Translations under genes and position numbers: made by a program | The notes under the pieces: generated by a model | Told to the model about the DNA's origin: nothing | The model's input: only the letters and a program-made list of their open reading frames with translations | The model's database searches: none | Assembly (NCBI GenBank): GCA_963665235.2 | Contig: CAXXLX010000001.1 | Coordinates: 3,008,001 to 3,072,000 of the forward strand | Origin: Candidatus Poribacteria bacterium | GTDB lineage: Bacteria > Poribacteria > WGA-4E > WGA-3G | Length of the DNA: 64,000 bases | Direction: 5' to 3' | In this document: in pieces, positions 48,623-58,188 of the stretch | Layout of the letters: each line of letters starts with the position of its first letter | Numbering within the stretch: position 1 is the stretch's first letter

Positions 48623-48934
48623 ATGATGGAAACAGTTGAAAAGCTCGCTGAAAGACTGACTGCGGTAGAAAAGATGTTGACAGGGGTAACACGCCAACTC
48701 TCTCTGCTAATTGAAGAATTAGCACTCTACCGTCAGGAAGCAGATGTAGGTAAACCTGTCTATGCAGATAAGCAAGAGGCAGCGAAAATCCTACAACCAT
48801 TTTTTGAGCAGCTCGGAATTCTAGAGCTTGACCCTATATCTATTGAAGAACTCCATGAAAGTATGGAGCGTAACGGCATTCCTGCTGATGGCAATGAGTT
48901 TAGTCGCGCCATTATCGAAGAACGGGAGAAATAA
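48623..48934 (+). CDS. Small hypothetical protein, possibly antitoxin-like
   Basis: RBS aaggag; acidic and helical, ending FSRAIIEEREK. Confidence 0.65.
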   Translation: MMETVEKLAERLTAVEKMLTGVTRQLSLLIEELALYRQEADVGKPVYADKQEAAKILQPFFEQLGILELDPISIEELHESMERNGIPADGNEFSRAIIEEREK

Positions 48935-48941
48935 CTGTGTA

Positions 48942-49547
48942 TTATGCCTTTTGTGTCACCATGCTTGCGAGAATGCCCAGAATTTTGTCACATCGGTCAA
49001 GCATATAGGCTGCCATGTCGATATGGAGCTGTTTCCCTTCCAATTTGAGGAAAAGCCAATTTATTCCTGTTGTAGTGGCCCCATAAACGCGCGGAATGTC
49101 GTTCCCCTTTTCGGTATTAAAACGTTGCGCGGCTACCATCTCGGCAACACACTGTCCGAGCCCAGTTGTTAAGTCATCTTTCTTCGCCTCAACAAGCATA
49201 ATGACCGGTGCCTCCAGATAATATTGTTCGGGGGAGAGGCTCACGAGGAAATCGCAAACACCTGTCAAACCGTTTTCTGTATCAACATTGAAATCGATAC
49301 CCGAAAAGAGGCTGATACGGTGTTCAAAGTGTTCCCGAAGTTCAATCAGCACATCGGCGACGATCATCTCTGATTTCGCCTTTTCTGTCCCGATTGCAAC
49401 GGCTAACGGCACCTTTTTCACTAAGGCTTTAGTAAGCTCCGCGCTCGGTTCAACCCGCTCCGTTTCAGAAAACATGCCTACGGATTGTACCGTTTCGAGC
49501 TGAAATGCTTTTCGCACTGTTTCCAGAGTGAAGTTGCTATAAGCCAT
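48942..49547 (-). CDS. Conserved hypothetical protein, PD-(D/E)xK nuclease-like
   Basis: MAYSNFTL start, SEMIVADVL, GVCDFL...VEAKK, GQCVAEMVAAQ, YGATTTG. Confidence 0.75.
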   Translation of the reverse strand: MAYSNFTLETVRKAFQLETVQSVGMFSETERVEPSAELTKALVKKVPLAVAIGTEKAKSEMIVADVLIELREHFEHRISLFSGIDFNVDTENGLTGVCDFLVSLSPEQYYLEAPVIMLVEAKKDDLTTGLGQCVAEMVAAQRFNTEKGNDIPRVYGATTTGINWLFLKLEGKQLHIDMAAYMLDRCDKILGILASMVTQKA

Positions 49548-49548
49548 A

Positions 49549-50349
49549 TTATCCCTTTACACCTGCTGCCAACTCCGAACCGAATTGTTTCACTGCATCG
49601 AGCAATTCCGCTTCATTTTCCATATTCTCTTCGATAACATTGATGATGGCACTCCCGACAATTACGCCATCGGCAATTTGAGCAACCTGTGTTGCCTGTG
49701 CAGGCGTTGATACACCGAACCCTACACTAATCGGTTTTTCTGTGTGATTCCGCAGCTCAGTCAGCATCGGTGCAATTTCGTCTGATAAAGTCGCCCGTGC
49801 CCCTGTCACGCCTGTTACCGAGACGCAGTAAATAAACCCGGTACTGACAGCGGCAATGCTTTGCATCCGTTCCGGTGGACTGGTCGGTGCGACGAGAAAG
49901 ATAGTGGCGAGGTTATACTGCGGGGCAACTGCCAAAAGGGGTGCCGCCTCCTCCGGGGGCAGGTCTGGCACGATGACACCGTCGACTCCTGCGTCTTGTG
50001 CAGCCTTACAAAACGCCTCCTCTCCCATCCGAAAGATTGGGTTATAGTAGGTCATCAGTGCAATCGGGATATCTGTCTGTTGGCGGAGGTCTGCCACCAT
50101 TCCCAATATTTGCTGGAGCGAGATACGGTGTGTTAGCGCGCGTTCACTTGCGCGTTGGATAGTAGGCCCATCGGCTATCGGGTCCGAAAACGGCACACCG
50201 AGTTCAATGAGGTCTGCACCTGCTTCCTCAAGTGTAAGGAGGAGTTTAGAAGTCAATTCTGGGTTTGGGTCTCCAGCGCAGAGGTACGGCATAAATGCGC
50301 TAACCCCTTCGGCGCGGAGTTCCTGAAATTTTTTGTCAATACGATTCAT
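49549..50349 (-). CDS. trpA: Tryptophan synthase alpha subunit
   Basis: IELGVPFSDPIADGPTIQ, MTYYNPI, GVTG, VGFGVS, DGVIVGSA. Confidence 0.97.
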   Translation of the reverse strand: MNRIDKKFQELRAEGVSAFMPYLCAGDPNPELTSKLLLTLEEAGADLIELGVPFSDPIADGPTIQRASERALTHRISLQQILGMVADLRQQTDIPIALMTYYNPIFRMGEEAFCKAAQDAGVDGVIVPDLPPEEAAPLLAVAPQYNLATIFLVAPTSPPERMQSIAAVSTGFIYCVSVTGVTGARATLSDEIAPMLTELRNHTEKPISVGFGVSTPAQATQVAQIADGVIVGSAIINVIEENMENEAELLDAVKQFGSELAAGVKG

Positions 50350-50391
50350 AAATATAATTGCGTTTCAGCTTTCTGATAATAGTTTTTCTCA

Positions 50392-50420
50392 ATTATACCT
50401 TGCATGGGGGGGATTGTCAA
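50392..50420 (-). promoter_or_regulatory. Sigma70-like promoter of trpA
   Basis: Minus strand TTGACA-17 nt-TATAAT. Confidence 0.7.
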
Positions 50421-50594
50421 GGGGAGTTTTTTGGGAAGGGTTTGTATGAATCGCGGATTATCGCGGAGGACACGGATTTCGCGGATTTTAAGAGGTTTAT
50501 GCATCCTTATGCATCATGGTCTTATGATTACGGGTATTGCGTCTTTGTAGAATTTGTTCATAATTTCAAATTTGTGCTATTAGCATCGTCAATA

Positions 50595-51134
50595 TTATCT
50601 TTTACCTTGGACAGCCTTAGAAAGTTCGCTAATTCTATTTAAAACGAAGTACCATATAACTGTTACAATGTACAATATTAACAAACTAAATGGGATTGTA
50701 ATAACAAGGGACAAGATTCCTATCAAAACTGCGATTTTAACAACATCTGATTCTGTTTTATACTCCTTAAGGCTTTGTTCAATGGTATTAAGATCGCTGG
50801 AATACTCTGAGGTCTTAACCTTGACTCTCGCCATGGCAATTTGTCTATTGTAGTTTGACAAATAACCTTTCCAACGGGGGTATCTCCAGTTACCTGAGCC
50901 TATTGATCTTGGTGATCCATCGTATCCAATGTTATCAATATCACTCCATGTGAGAGATCCTTCACTCAGTGTATTTAACAAATCCGCCACATGTTTTTCT
51001 ACTCGTATAATTTCTTCTTTAGTATCAGCGGTATCAATTTGGCCTGAATAATACCCACCTGCAATTATCGTTGATAACAAAATACCTATGACGCTTGATA
51101 TTATACACCGTGCCTTAGTATAGAATTTTGCCAT
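50595..51134 (-). CDS. Hypothetical membrane protein (AT-rich)
   Basis: 179-aa ORF with N- and C-terminal TM helices. Confidence 0.65.
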   Translation of the reverse strand: MAKFYTKARCIISSVIGILLSTIIAGGYYSGQIDTADTKEEIIRVEKHVADLLNTLSEGSLTWSDIDNIGYDGSPRSIGSGNWRYPRWKGYLSNYNRQIAMARVKVKTSEYSSDLNTIEQSLKEYKTESDVVKIAVLIGILSLVITIPFSLLILYIVTVIWYFVLNRISELSKAVQGKR

Positions 51135-51281
51135 AATAGGACCTGTTTATCTACAAATATTTACGCAACAAGTGGTTTCGGACTCGCAAGAAATTTCAAA
51201 ATTGCTTTAAACCTTGATATAGATTATAGTTCTTGGAGGTGAAATTGGGAGACTTTGAAATCTCCCAATCGGTTTCGCAAG

Positions 51282-51425
51282 CTACCTACATTTTTTACTG
51301 CGGCGTTTGCGTGGTTTGACAGTTTCTTTAACCGTTGTAGCGGGACGCTTTTTATCTGTTCCTTTGGGCAGAAAACGTCCTGTTTTAGCATCGCGTACGC
51401 GAGTGCCAGACGATTTTTTACTCAT
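51282..51425 (-). CDS. Small basic protein (47 aa) with an RDAKTGRF motif
   Basis: Strong RBS ggaggag before MSKKSSGTRVRDAKTGRF. Confidence 0.65.
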   Translation of the reverse strand: MSKKSSGTRVRDAKTGRFLPKGTDKKRPATTVKETVKPRKRRSKKCR

Positions 51426-51503
51426 AGCAATCACTCCTCCAATATAGAGTAAGATTATTGTGTAGGCGGTCCTCCACCGTTTATAGGCGTGCATACAAAC
51501 ACT

Positions 51504-51851
51504 TTACACAGAATCATCATGTTTCCTGAACCTTGCTGACATAACGTTGAATCCACGTATTCCAAAATAAACGAATACAAACCAAATACCCGTCGCGACC
51601 AAGACAATAAGCAACCTTTCAGCATTTAGAAGTAATCCAAAAAATAATATAAAAAGGCAACACCCCTTAATCCAACCCCGTTGCGTCGTAAGATAAGTAT
51701 ATATGCTCGGAAGAAACAACACTTGACAAATATCTGTTAGAACTCCCTCACCCCTTACTATGTCCCAGAGAGCTTCAAAAGGAATACCGTATTTTACACC
51801 TTCAAATAAAAGATATATTATAAATCGATAGTAACGATAGAAATCCTCCAT
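51504..51851 (-). CDS. Hypothetical membrane protein
   Basis: 115-aa hydrophobic ORF with RBS gagggg. Confidence 0.55.
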   Translation of the reverse strand: MEDFYRYYRFIIYLLFEGVKYGIPFEALWDIVRGEGVLTDICQVLFLPSIYTYLTTQRGWIKGCCLFILFFGLLLNAERLLIVLVATGIWFVFVYFGIRGFNVMSARFRKHDDSV

Positions 51852-51920
51852 CTACTGCCCCTCTCATATCTGGTCCCGCTAAACTCTTTTGCAATACCGT
51901 TTCTTCTTAATTGATTCAAT

Positions 51921-51985
51921 CTTAGCGTCCCTAAAACCGATTACTTGCCAAGCAGAAAATTACCGGCACGCTCACATGGAGAAAC
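51921..51985 (-). repeat. Partial copy A of the promoter-leader repeat
   Basis: ttagcgtccctaaaaccgattacttgccaagcagaaaattaccggcacgc matches copies B and D. Confidence 0.8.
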
Positions 51986-51999
51986 CGCCTAATGTTAAA

Positions 52000-52449
52000 T
52001 CACGGAACGCTTGAAACAAAGTGATTTTCGGGAGTTTTGTGATTATTGGAAATAGGTTTGGTTTCTACTATCCCTTTTGAATAACTAATAGTGGTATCAA
52101 AATTGCACAGAAAATCCAAACCTAATATGGCATCTGTAGTTATATCAGGAGCCAATTGATGAAGTATAATATCCATATCATTTACCGATTCACCAATTGC
52201 TTCAACTTTTGAAACTCTTATAATCTTACTCCATCCTGAACCATAAACCCCAGAAAACGCCGCCATCTCTTTAGGTTTCGAAATATCATAACCTAAATTT
52301 GAAGCGACTTTTGGAGGTATCACACTACGCGCTGCACCAGTGTCCAGCACTGCACTCATTGTTAAAGAAGATTCAAGTGTCTCACTATATACAGTCAAAT
52401 TCAAGATGATTAACTTATCTCTAGAAATATTGAAACGAATACATCCCAT
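52000..52449 (-). CDS. Retropepsin-like (clan AA) aspartyl protease
   Basis: AVLDTGA catalytic motif and ILGLDFL. Confidence 0.85.
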   Translation of the reverse strand: MGCIRFNISRDKLIILNLTVYSETLESSLTMSAVLDTGAARSVIPPKVASNLGYDISKPKEMAAFSGVYGSGWSKIIRVSKVEAIGESVNDMDIILHQLAPDITTDAILGLDFLCNFDTTISYSKGIVETKPISNNHKTPENHFVSSVP

Positions 52450-52676
52450 TAAAGTATGAACAATCTATCTTCAGGCATTTTGCCGGTATAGTGTATCGCT
52501 GCTCCTCCTATAAATCCGCCTAATGCATCATAGACATCATCACGGACTCTGCTATGAACAGAAACGATACCGCCTAGGAGTTCAGTATTCTCACTGATTT
52601 CAGGTTCTATAATAAACAACCACTCATTTGGATATTTCCGTTCCATTTCTGCTATCGTTAAACGTTCAGCATCCAT
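52449..52676 (-). CDS. Small acidic protein translationally coupled to the protease (DUF5678-like)
   Basis: RBS gaggag, KYPNEWL motif, TAATG stop/start overlap. Confidence 0.7.
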   Translation of the reverse strand: MDAERLTIAEMERKYPNEWLFIIEPEISENTELLGGIVSVHSRVRDDVYDALGGFIGGAAIHYTGKMPEDRLFIL

Positions 52677-52702
52677 TTTATAATAGTCTCCTCAAATCTG
52701 GA

Positions 52703-52847
52703 ATTGGACGAATACGGTCGGGTTACCGAAAAACTCGACAGCAAACGATTTTAGCGTCCCTAAAACCGATTACCTGCCAAGGAGAAAATTGCCAACACGC
52801 TATTATTAATTATACACCCCAGAAAAGCATTTGTCAAGTTAAAATTC
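52703..52847 (-). promoter_or_regulatory. Copy B of the repeated promoter plus long-hairpin leader module
   Basis: Minus strand TTGACA-17 nt-TATAAT, then the hairpin cttggcaggtaatcggttttag...ctaaaatcgtttgctgtcgag. Confidence 0.75.
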
Positions 52848-52941
52848 AGAAAAATGTCATTTTTTTGAATTTTAAGGGTTTTTGCACCTTTCCAAATCCT
52901 CCGAAACGGGTAAAACCCATCGTTAGCATTTCGGATAACGA

Positions 52942-52995
52942 CAAACTGATTACTTACCAAGAAGAAAATTACCAGCACACTCACGATGGGAAATC
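52942..52995 (-). repeat. Degenerate partial copy C of the promoter-leader repeat
   Basis: aaactgattacttaccaagaagaaaattaccagcacactcac. Confidence 0.65.
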
Positions 52996-53103
52996 TTCTA
53001 ACCGCGCCCCCTACGCGAAGCGAGGCTACAAACTTTACCTATGAGACTGGGGTGTGGCTGCCTTCTACAAACAAAATGTGGCATATAGAAATTGTCCAAT
53101 ATC

Positions 53104-53469
53104 TCACCCAACTGTCTTATCTTTTCGCTGATGTACAATAACACGATTGCCATCGGGGTCTTTAATAATTGCCCAAAAGCATACAGCGGATTCTCCTAAA
53201 GGCGAAAGAGCATGAATTCCTGCCTGCTCTAATTCTTCCACGGTAGTCTGCGCGTCCTCAACAGCAAGCGCGACTGTTCCGCCACCGGGATGTGTGAAAT
53301 CATAACCCTGTCCTAATACCAATGTGCCGGGGTTTATCTCAAATTCTGCCCATGTGCCTTCATGCACCAAACATGCTAGTGGGATTCCAAGCAGGTCACG
53401 ATAAAAGGCGAGTGATTTTTGCATATCGCTCACCGCAAAGAAAGTAAAGTCAATGCCTAATATATTCAC
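53104..53469 (-). CDS. VOC (glyoxalase/bleomycin resistance) family protein
   Basis: AVSDMQKSLAFYRDLLG, WAEF, KDPDGN. Confidence 0.88.
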   Translation of the reverse strand: MNILGIDFTFFAVSDMQKSLAFYRDLLGIPLACLVHEGTWAEFEINPGTLVLGQGYDFTHPGGGTVALAVEDAQTTVEELEQAGIHALSPLGESAVCFWAIIKDPDGNRVIVHQRKDKTVG

Positions 53470-53665
53470 AACTAAAGTCTCCTCTATTCACGCTTAAAGT
53501 GATATACTAACCCAAGTTGCTACTTATAAGTTTTTAGACTTGGAAACACCGTCTTTAATGAAAATATGCTGAGAATTAGCTAATATTTGTCCCGTTCCCT
53601 TCCAATTCGCACACAAATATGCACAATCTGGAAGATTATGCTACTATGTGGCAACTTAGGTTATA

Positions 53666-54652
53666 CTAGGCAGCAAGGGTTTGGATGGGGTATTCAAGAG
53701 GCTCGGGTGCTGTCCAGAACGGATGCCAATCTGTGGCGCGCTCCGTTCCGATGTAAAGCGTTTTTCCAATGACTGCCCACGCTGTTCCCTCGGATGTAAA
53801 CGCAATATAGCCTGTCCTAATCCGATCCGTGGAGTTTGTGAGCTGATCGTTGAGTTGAGTCCACGTCGCGCCGCCATTCTCCGAACGGCAGAGCCAAGCA
53901 CCCCCGCCTCTCGGTCCGTTCTGGACTGTGGCAATTAGTAGGTCTGGGTCTGCTGGATGTACGGCAATAGCGGTACCGTAGCGAACCGGCAACCCTTCAA
54001 TCCGATTTACCCACGAGTCCCCTCGGTCTGGACTGATATAGACACCGTTGGCGGTGTTCGCATACACCTGATAATCGTTCGCAGGACACGTAGCGACCTG
54101 ATGAACATCTTTATGAAGCTCTGGCGTGACGGGTTCCCAAGAAATCCCTTCATCGTGGGAACGCATGATACTTCCGACGTGGATATCTGCGTAACAAAAA
54201 CCGTCTTGGGTTTTGGCAAAAGTTCGGACAGCTGGAGGACCGCCCCACGGGGTATACCAATCTTTCCGACATTCTAATTCGTCAAACGCGATGACCCGCT
54301 CAGCCGGTCCTTCTGTTCCAACGAGGCGATAGACATAAGCTCCCTCATCCGTTCCGATGAGCAGTGTCAATGGCTCTTCATTAACAACGAGCAGCGAAGC
54401 GATTGGAGCTTCTATACCCGTTGGAATTCGTTTTTCGTCATCTTCTGATAAAATTAGTAGCGTTCCATCGGATAGGGCAGAGACCACGGCTTGACCTTTT
54501 GACAGTGAAACCATTGTGCCGTGTGCATTCCTTCCGCTGTCTGTGCCTTTATAGATTTGGATGGGTTCACCGTTTCCATCATCTTCAACAGCGTAGATAG
54601 CGTCATAAGTGGCGATAAACATTACGTAATCTCCTTTTGATAATTTCGCCAT
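53666..54652 (-). CDS. BNR/Asp-box beta-propeller protein (start uncertain)
   Basis: RSHDEGISW, SPDRGDSW, RSENGGATW; WYTPWGGPPAVR, DVHQV. Confidence 0.75.
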   Translation of the reverse strand: MAKLSKGDYVMFIATYDAIYAVEDDGNGEPIQIYKGTDSGRNAHGTMVSLSKGQAVVSALSDGTLLILSEDDEKRIPTGIEAPIASLLVVNEEPLTLLIGTDEGAYVYRLVGTEGPAERVIAFDELECRKDWYTPWGGPPAVRTFAKTQDGFCYADIHVGSIMRSHDEGISWEPVTPELHKDVHQVATCPANDYQVYANTANGVYISPDRGDSWVNRIEGLPVRYGTAIAVHPADPDLLIATVQNGPRGGGAWLCRSENGGATWTQLNDQLTNSTDRIRTGYIAFTSEGTAWAVIGKTLYIGTERATDWHPFWTAPEPLEYPIQTLAA

Positions 54653-54974
54653 TATATCAATCCAAGTTATCGGCAAGGCGATAGTATTTCCGTAGGTCAC
54701 CAGCCGTATAAATTTCAACGTTGTCTTAATTTTGCGGATTTACGGCAAAATTAAACCAGAGTCGCTGTGATTTTAATGCAACTTCCACATTCTGTCAAAT
54801 CAAAATTCGCGCCCGAGTGTGTAGGTATTTCATCAAAATGTTGCATGGCAGGCGGGCCTGAAGCGCAAATTATCTCGGATGAGGCAAATTCATAGTTAAT
54901 TTAGCATAGACACAGCAATAGGTCTTAATAGTCAAATTTCTTCACGACACCAATGCCTCCCTATTCGGCAGCGG

Positions 54975-55406
54975 TTAGTCCTTTATGCTATTGCCATTCG
55001 CTGTGACTCCCGGCGTGCTGTTTTGTGAAGGCGGTGCTTCGTCAAAGGGAAGGCCTTTTGCCTCTGCCTCCAACCGGCGAGTATTCCAAGCAGCTATCTC
55101 TTTATATACCTCGGCTTTAGCGGCAGCGGCAAGTGCTGCATCATGCTTTTCTATTTGCCGTTTCATCAAATTCCAGAATAACATAAGTAATGAACCTCCT
55201 ACATCTAAACAAAATGTTAGAAAGAATGCGGTAGGTATCGCGTCTGTGACATCAGCGGCTATCAGGCGAACCCGTTCAGAAAAACTGTTCACCTCAACAG
55301 GCGGTGCCGTGAAAAGATAGCTCACTACCGCTACAATAAAAAAAATCGCGTTCCCTAATCCAATATCTTGAGTGAAACTGAAGAGAGGTGCCCGCTTCTT
55401 TTTCAC
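54975..55406 (-). CDS. Hypothetical membrane protein
   Basis: GTG start after aaggag, two TM helices, C-terminal AWNTRRLEAEAKGLPFDEAPP. Confidence 0.65.
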   Translation of the reverse strand: MKKKRAPLFSFTQDIGLGNAIFFIVAVVSYLFTAPPVEVNSFSERVRLIAADVTDAIPTAFFLTFCLDVGGSLLMLFWNLMKRQIEKHDAALAAAAKAEVYKEIAAWNTRRLEAEAKGLPFDEAPPSQNSTPGVTANGNSIKD

Positions 55407-55656
55407 ACTATGCTCCTTTTTTATTGTATAAGTTAACGTGATTTCGAAAAAACTACATCCTTCTATGCAATAAACCCCTTCGCCTATTCCTGGCACTTCA
55501 AAGGCACATGTGCACTCAGCGGAATGTCGGTTTCGGCAACACCCTCCGCTTGTAGGTTTCAATTCCCTTCAAACAAGCAAGTAGATGTGCACGCGCAGAG
55601 TTATCTGCAATTGCAGTATGCACTGAATTTCAATTCCCTGATCTGCCGGCGGCCAC

Positions 55657-55800
55657 AATTTTACGAATACGGGCAGGTTAGCGAAAAACTCGACAGCAAA
55701 CGATTTTAGCGTGTCTAAAACCGATTACTTGCCAAGCAGAAAATTGCCTGCACGTTATTATTGATTATACACCCTAAAAAAGCGTTTGTCAAGTTAAAAT
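55657..55800 (-). promoter_or_regulatory. Copy D of the repeated promoter plus long-hairpin leader module
   Basis: Minus strand TTGACA-17 nt-TATAAT and the same hairpin as copy B. Confidence 0.75.
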
Positions 55801-55831
55801 GAGGGTTTTTGCAATTTGTTGCGTTCTTTAT

Positions 55832-57004
55832 CTATGTCAGTGCAGGCAGCTCCGGCAATTCCATCCATCTGCGATTTTTCCAAGATTCCATGCCCTTTTC
55901 TGCTAACTGAACCCCTTTCGCTCCTTCAAGCAGCGTCCACGGAAACGGTTCATCCGCAACGACATGTCGAAGGAAGAGCTCCCACTGTGCCCGAAACGCA
56001 TTTTCGTACGTTTCCTGTTCAGGAATTTTGAGCCATCCATCAAAAAATTTAATCGGTTGTTCAATGTCGGGATTCCAGACAGGTCGGGGGGTACCAGAGA
56101 GTGGTTGAATCCAACAATCTCGCAAACCGGCAATAGCGGACCCGTTCAAACCGTCTACCTGTATTGTCAACAGGTCATCTCGGCGGACACGGACTGCCCA
56201 GGAGGAGTTGAAATGTGCAACAATTCCATCCGCGAGTTCAAAGGTAGCATACGCGGCATCTTCAGCCGTGCATTGATACGGTTCGCTGTTTTCATCCCAA
56301 CGTTGTGGGAGATGCGTCGTGGCGATACAGGAGACACCTTTGACAGCACCGAAAAGGTTGTCTAAAACATATCGCCAGTGGCTAAACATATCGAGAATAA
56401 TACCGCCGCCATCTTCGGCGCGGTAGTTCCATGAGGGACGCTGGGTCGGTATAGCGTCGCCTTGGAAAACCCAATATCCGAATTCTCCCCGGATAGCGAT
56501 AATTTTACCGAAAAAGGCTGCATCTATCAACCGTTTCAGTTTCCGAATACCGGGCAGCCAGAGTTTATCCTGAACCACTCCGTTTTTAAGTCCTGCTTTC
56601 GCCGCCCGTTCATAGAGACGATATGCATCGGCGGTTGTGGTAGCCGTCGGTTTTTCACAATAGATGTGTTTACCAGCGGCTATTGCCGCTTCAACTGCAG
56701 CGACGCGAAGTGACGTGACCTGTGCGTCAAAATAGACAGTATAAGTGCTGTCAGCCAAGGCAGCGTCTACATCCGTACTCCACTTTTCAACCCCCGTCAC
56801 TTTGGACAATTTTTCAAGTTTCGTCGGATTTCTGCCGACAAGGAACGGGTCGGGCATGATGACTTCACCATCCCCGATTGGAATGCCGCCGTCTTCGGCA
56901 ATTGCTAAGAGAGAACGGATGAGGTGTTGGTTCGTTCCCATCCTCCCGGTGACACCGTTCATGATAATACCGACTCGGTGTGTTTTCTGCACATCATTTG
57001 TCAT
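55832..57004 (-). CDS. Gfo/Idh/MocA family oxidoreductase
   Basis: GIIMNGVTGRMG, KHIYCEKP, GGGIILDMFSHW. Confidence 0.9.
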   Translation of the reverse strand: MTNDVQKTHRVGIIMNGVTGRMGTNQHLIRSLLAIAEDGGIPIGDGEVIMPDPFLVGRNPTKLEKLSKVTGVEKWSTDVDAALADSTYTVYFDAQVTSLRVAAVEAAIAAGKHIYCEKPTATTTADAYRLYERAAKAGLKNGVVQDKLWLPGIRKLKRLIDAAFFGKIIAIRGEFGYWVFQGDAIPTQRPSWNYRAEDGGGIILDMFSHWRYVLDNLFGAVKGVSCIATTHLPQRWDENSEPYQCTAEDAAYATFELADGIVAHFNSSWAVRVRRDDLLTIQVDGLNGSAIAGLRDCWIQPLSGTPRPVWNPDIEQPIKFFDGWLKIPEQETYENAFRAQWELFLRHVVADEPFPWTLLEGAKGVQLAEKGMESWKNRRWMELPELPALT

Positions 57005-57006
57005 AG

Positions 57007-57459
57007 TTAATCCTTTACGGGTTTGTCAGTGCATTGAGATGCTGCACCTTTGGGGAGTGGTGGGGCATCGACACCCGCTTTCGGCAGTGTGCCGGCTAAT
57101 TCCTGTTTCCAATGTTCGACATCGCCTGCTGGCCCATAGCAGTATACCATCTTCATAGGGGTGTCGCCTGTGTTTGTCAACTGGTGGAAAACCCATGAAG
57201 GGATAAAAACGGTCTGACCTGCGGAGAGTGTTTGCCGTTCCTCGCCGAGACACATTTCGCCTTCCCCTTCAACGATGAAATAAATCTCTTCCTGTTCGTG
57301 GTTATGCCATGGAACTTGTCCACCGTTCGGCTCTAAGACGACAAATCCCAAACAAAATTCATCTATCTGAATTGGGGATGCACCACCGACAAGGTTTTTG
57401 GTTGTTCTACGGGCGGGATAGGTGCGTCCATCCATTTTGTTGACATCTGCAATAAGCAT
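57007..57459 (-). CDS. Cupin domain protein
   Basis: PWHNHEQEEIYFIVEGEG and FIPSWVFHQLTNTG. Confidence 0.88.
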   Translation of the reverse strand: MLIADVNKMDGRTYPARRTTKNLVGGASPIQIDEFCLGFVVLEPNGGQVPWHNHEQEEIYFIVEGEGEMCLGEERQTLSAGQTVFIPSWVFHQLTNTGDTPMKMVYCYGPAGDVEHWKQELAGTLPKAGVDAPPLPKGAASQCTDKPVKD

Positions 57460-57492
57460 GATATAATCCTTTCAAAGTAAATTGGGTGAAAC

Positions 57493-58089
57493 CTATTCAA
57501 AGAGTTCAGCCACCTGACAAGAAAATCCTTCTATAACGTCCTCACCGGTGAGTGTGTCATTCCGCGTTAGTAATGTGATGTCTGTCTCCGAACGATAAAC
57601 CGTCACTGTTTTTGATGTGGGTTGAATAACCCATACGAGCTGTGTGCCTGCCTCAAGGTATGCTAAAACCTTTTCATCAATACGGTAGATCGTATCTGTC
57701 GGTGAAACCACCTCAACAGCGAGGTCCGGCGGGAACTGAAACGCTTTACTCCGGTCAGCGGGGAGCCGGTCTGTTGAAACGAAGGCGATATCAGGGATTA
57801 GCATCCTTTCACCAATCCAGAAGCTTGTATTCGCTATATAGACACGTCCTAATTGGTTTTCACGAACATATAGGTGTAACGGCGAAATTAGGTTCAGGCT
57901 AATTTCACTGTGCTCTCCTGGAGTAGGGAGCCTCGGCACTAATTCTCCTTCGATGTATTCATAACCCTCTAAATCGGTTTTAAGGAATTCCTCAAACGTC
58001 ATCGTGATTTTAGAAGGGTACTCCCCTTGTAGCAAGGAGACGGTGGCAGGTGTGTCGGGAGGCAGTGCGTCGTATTCTTTTGTGTTCAT
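57493..58089 (-). CDS. Uma2 family PD-(D/E)xK endonuclease
   Basis: YEYIEGELV, PDIAFV, PDLAVEVVSP, YLEAG. Confidence 0.9.
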   Translation of the reverse strand: MNTKEYDALPPDTPATVSLLQGEYPSKITMTFEEFLKTDLEGYEYIEGELVPRLPTPGEHSEISLNLISPLHLYVRENQLGRVYIANTSFWIGERMLIPDIAFVSTDRLPADRSKAFQFPPDLAVEVVSPTDTIYRIDEKVLAYLEAGTQLVWVIQPTSKTVTVYRSETDITLLTRNDTLTGEDVIEGFSCQVAELFE

Positions 58090-58130
58090 GTTTCGTTCCC
58101 CGCTATTTTGATTAAAAGTGTTGTTTCAAA

Positions 58131-58166
58131 CACTGCTCTCCCACCGTTTTAAGGGGGAGAGCAGTG
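58131..58166 (-). terminator. Hairpin downstream of ppdK, probable terminator
   Basis: cactgctctccc / gggagagcagtg perfect 12-bp stem. Confidence 0.6.
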
Positions 58167-58188
58167 CAGAAAATATTTTGGATTAAGC

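Noticed and set aside
52628-53044. 138-aa plus-strand and 74-aa minus-strand ORFs
   Set aside because: They span the promoter-leader repeats and are most likely spurious.
50595-55800. Classical integron with attC sites
   Set aside because: No intI in the window; the repeats carry promoters and lack paired RYYYAAC/GTTRRRY ends (only one isolated ATTTAAC seen).
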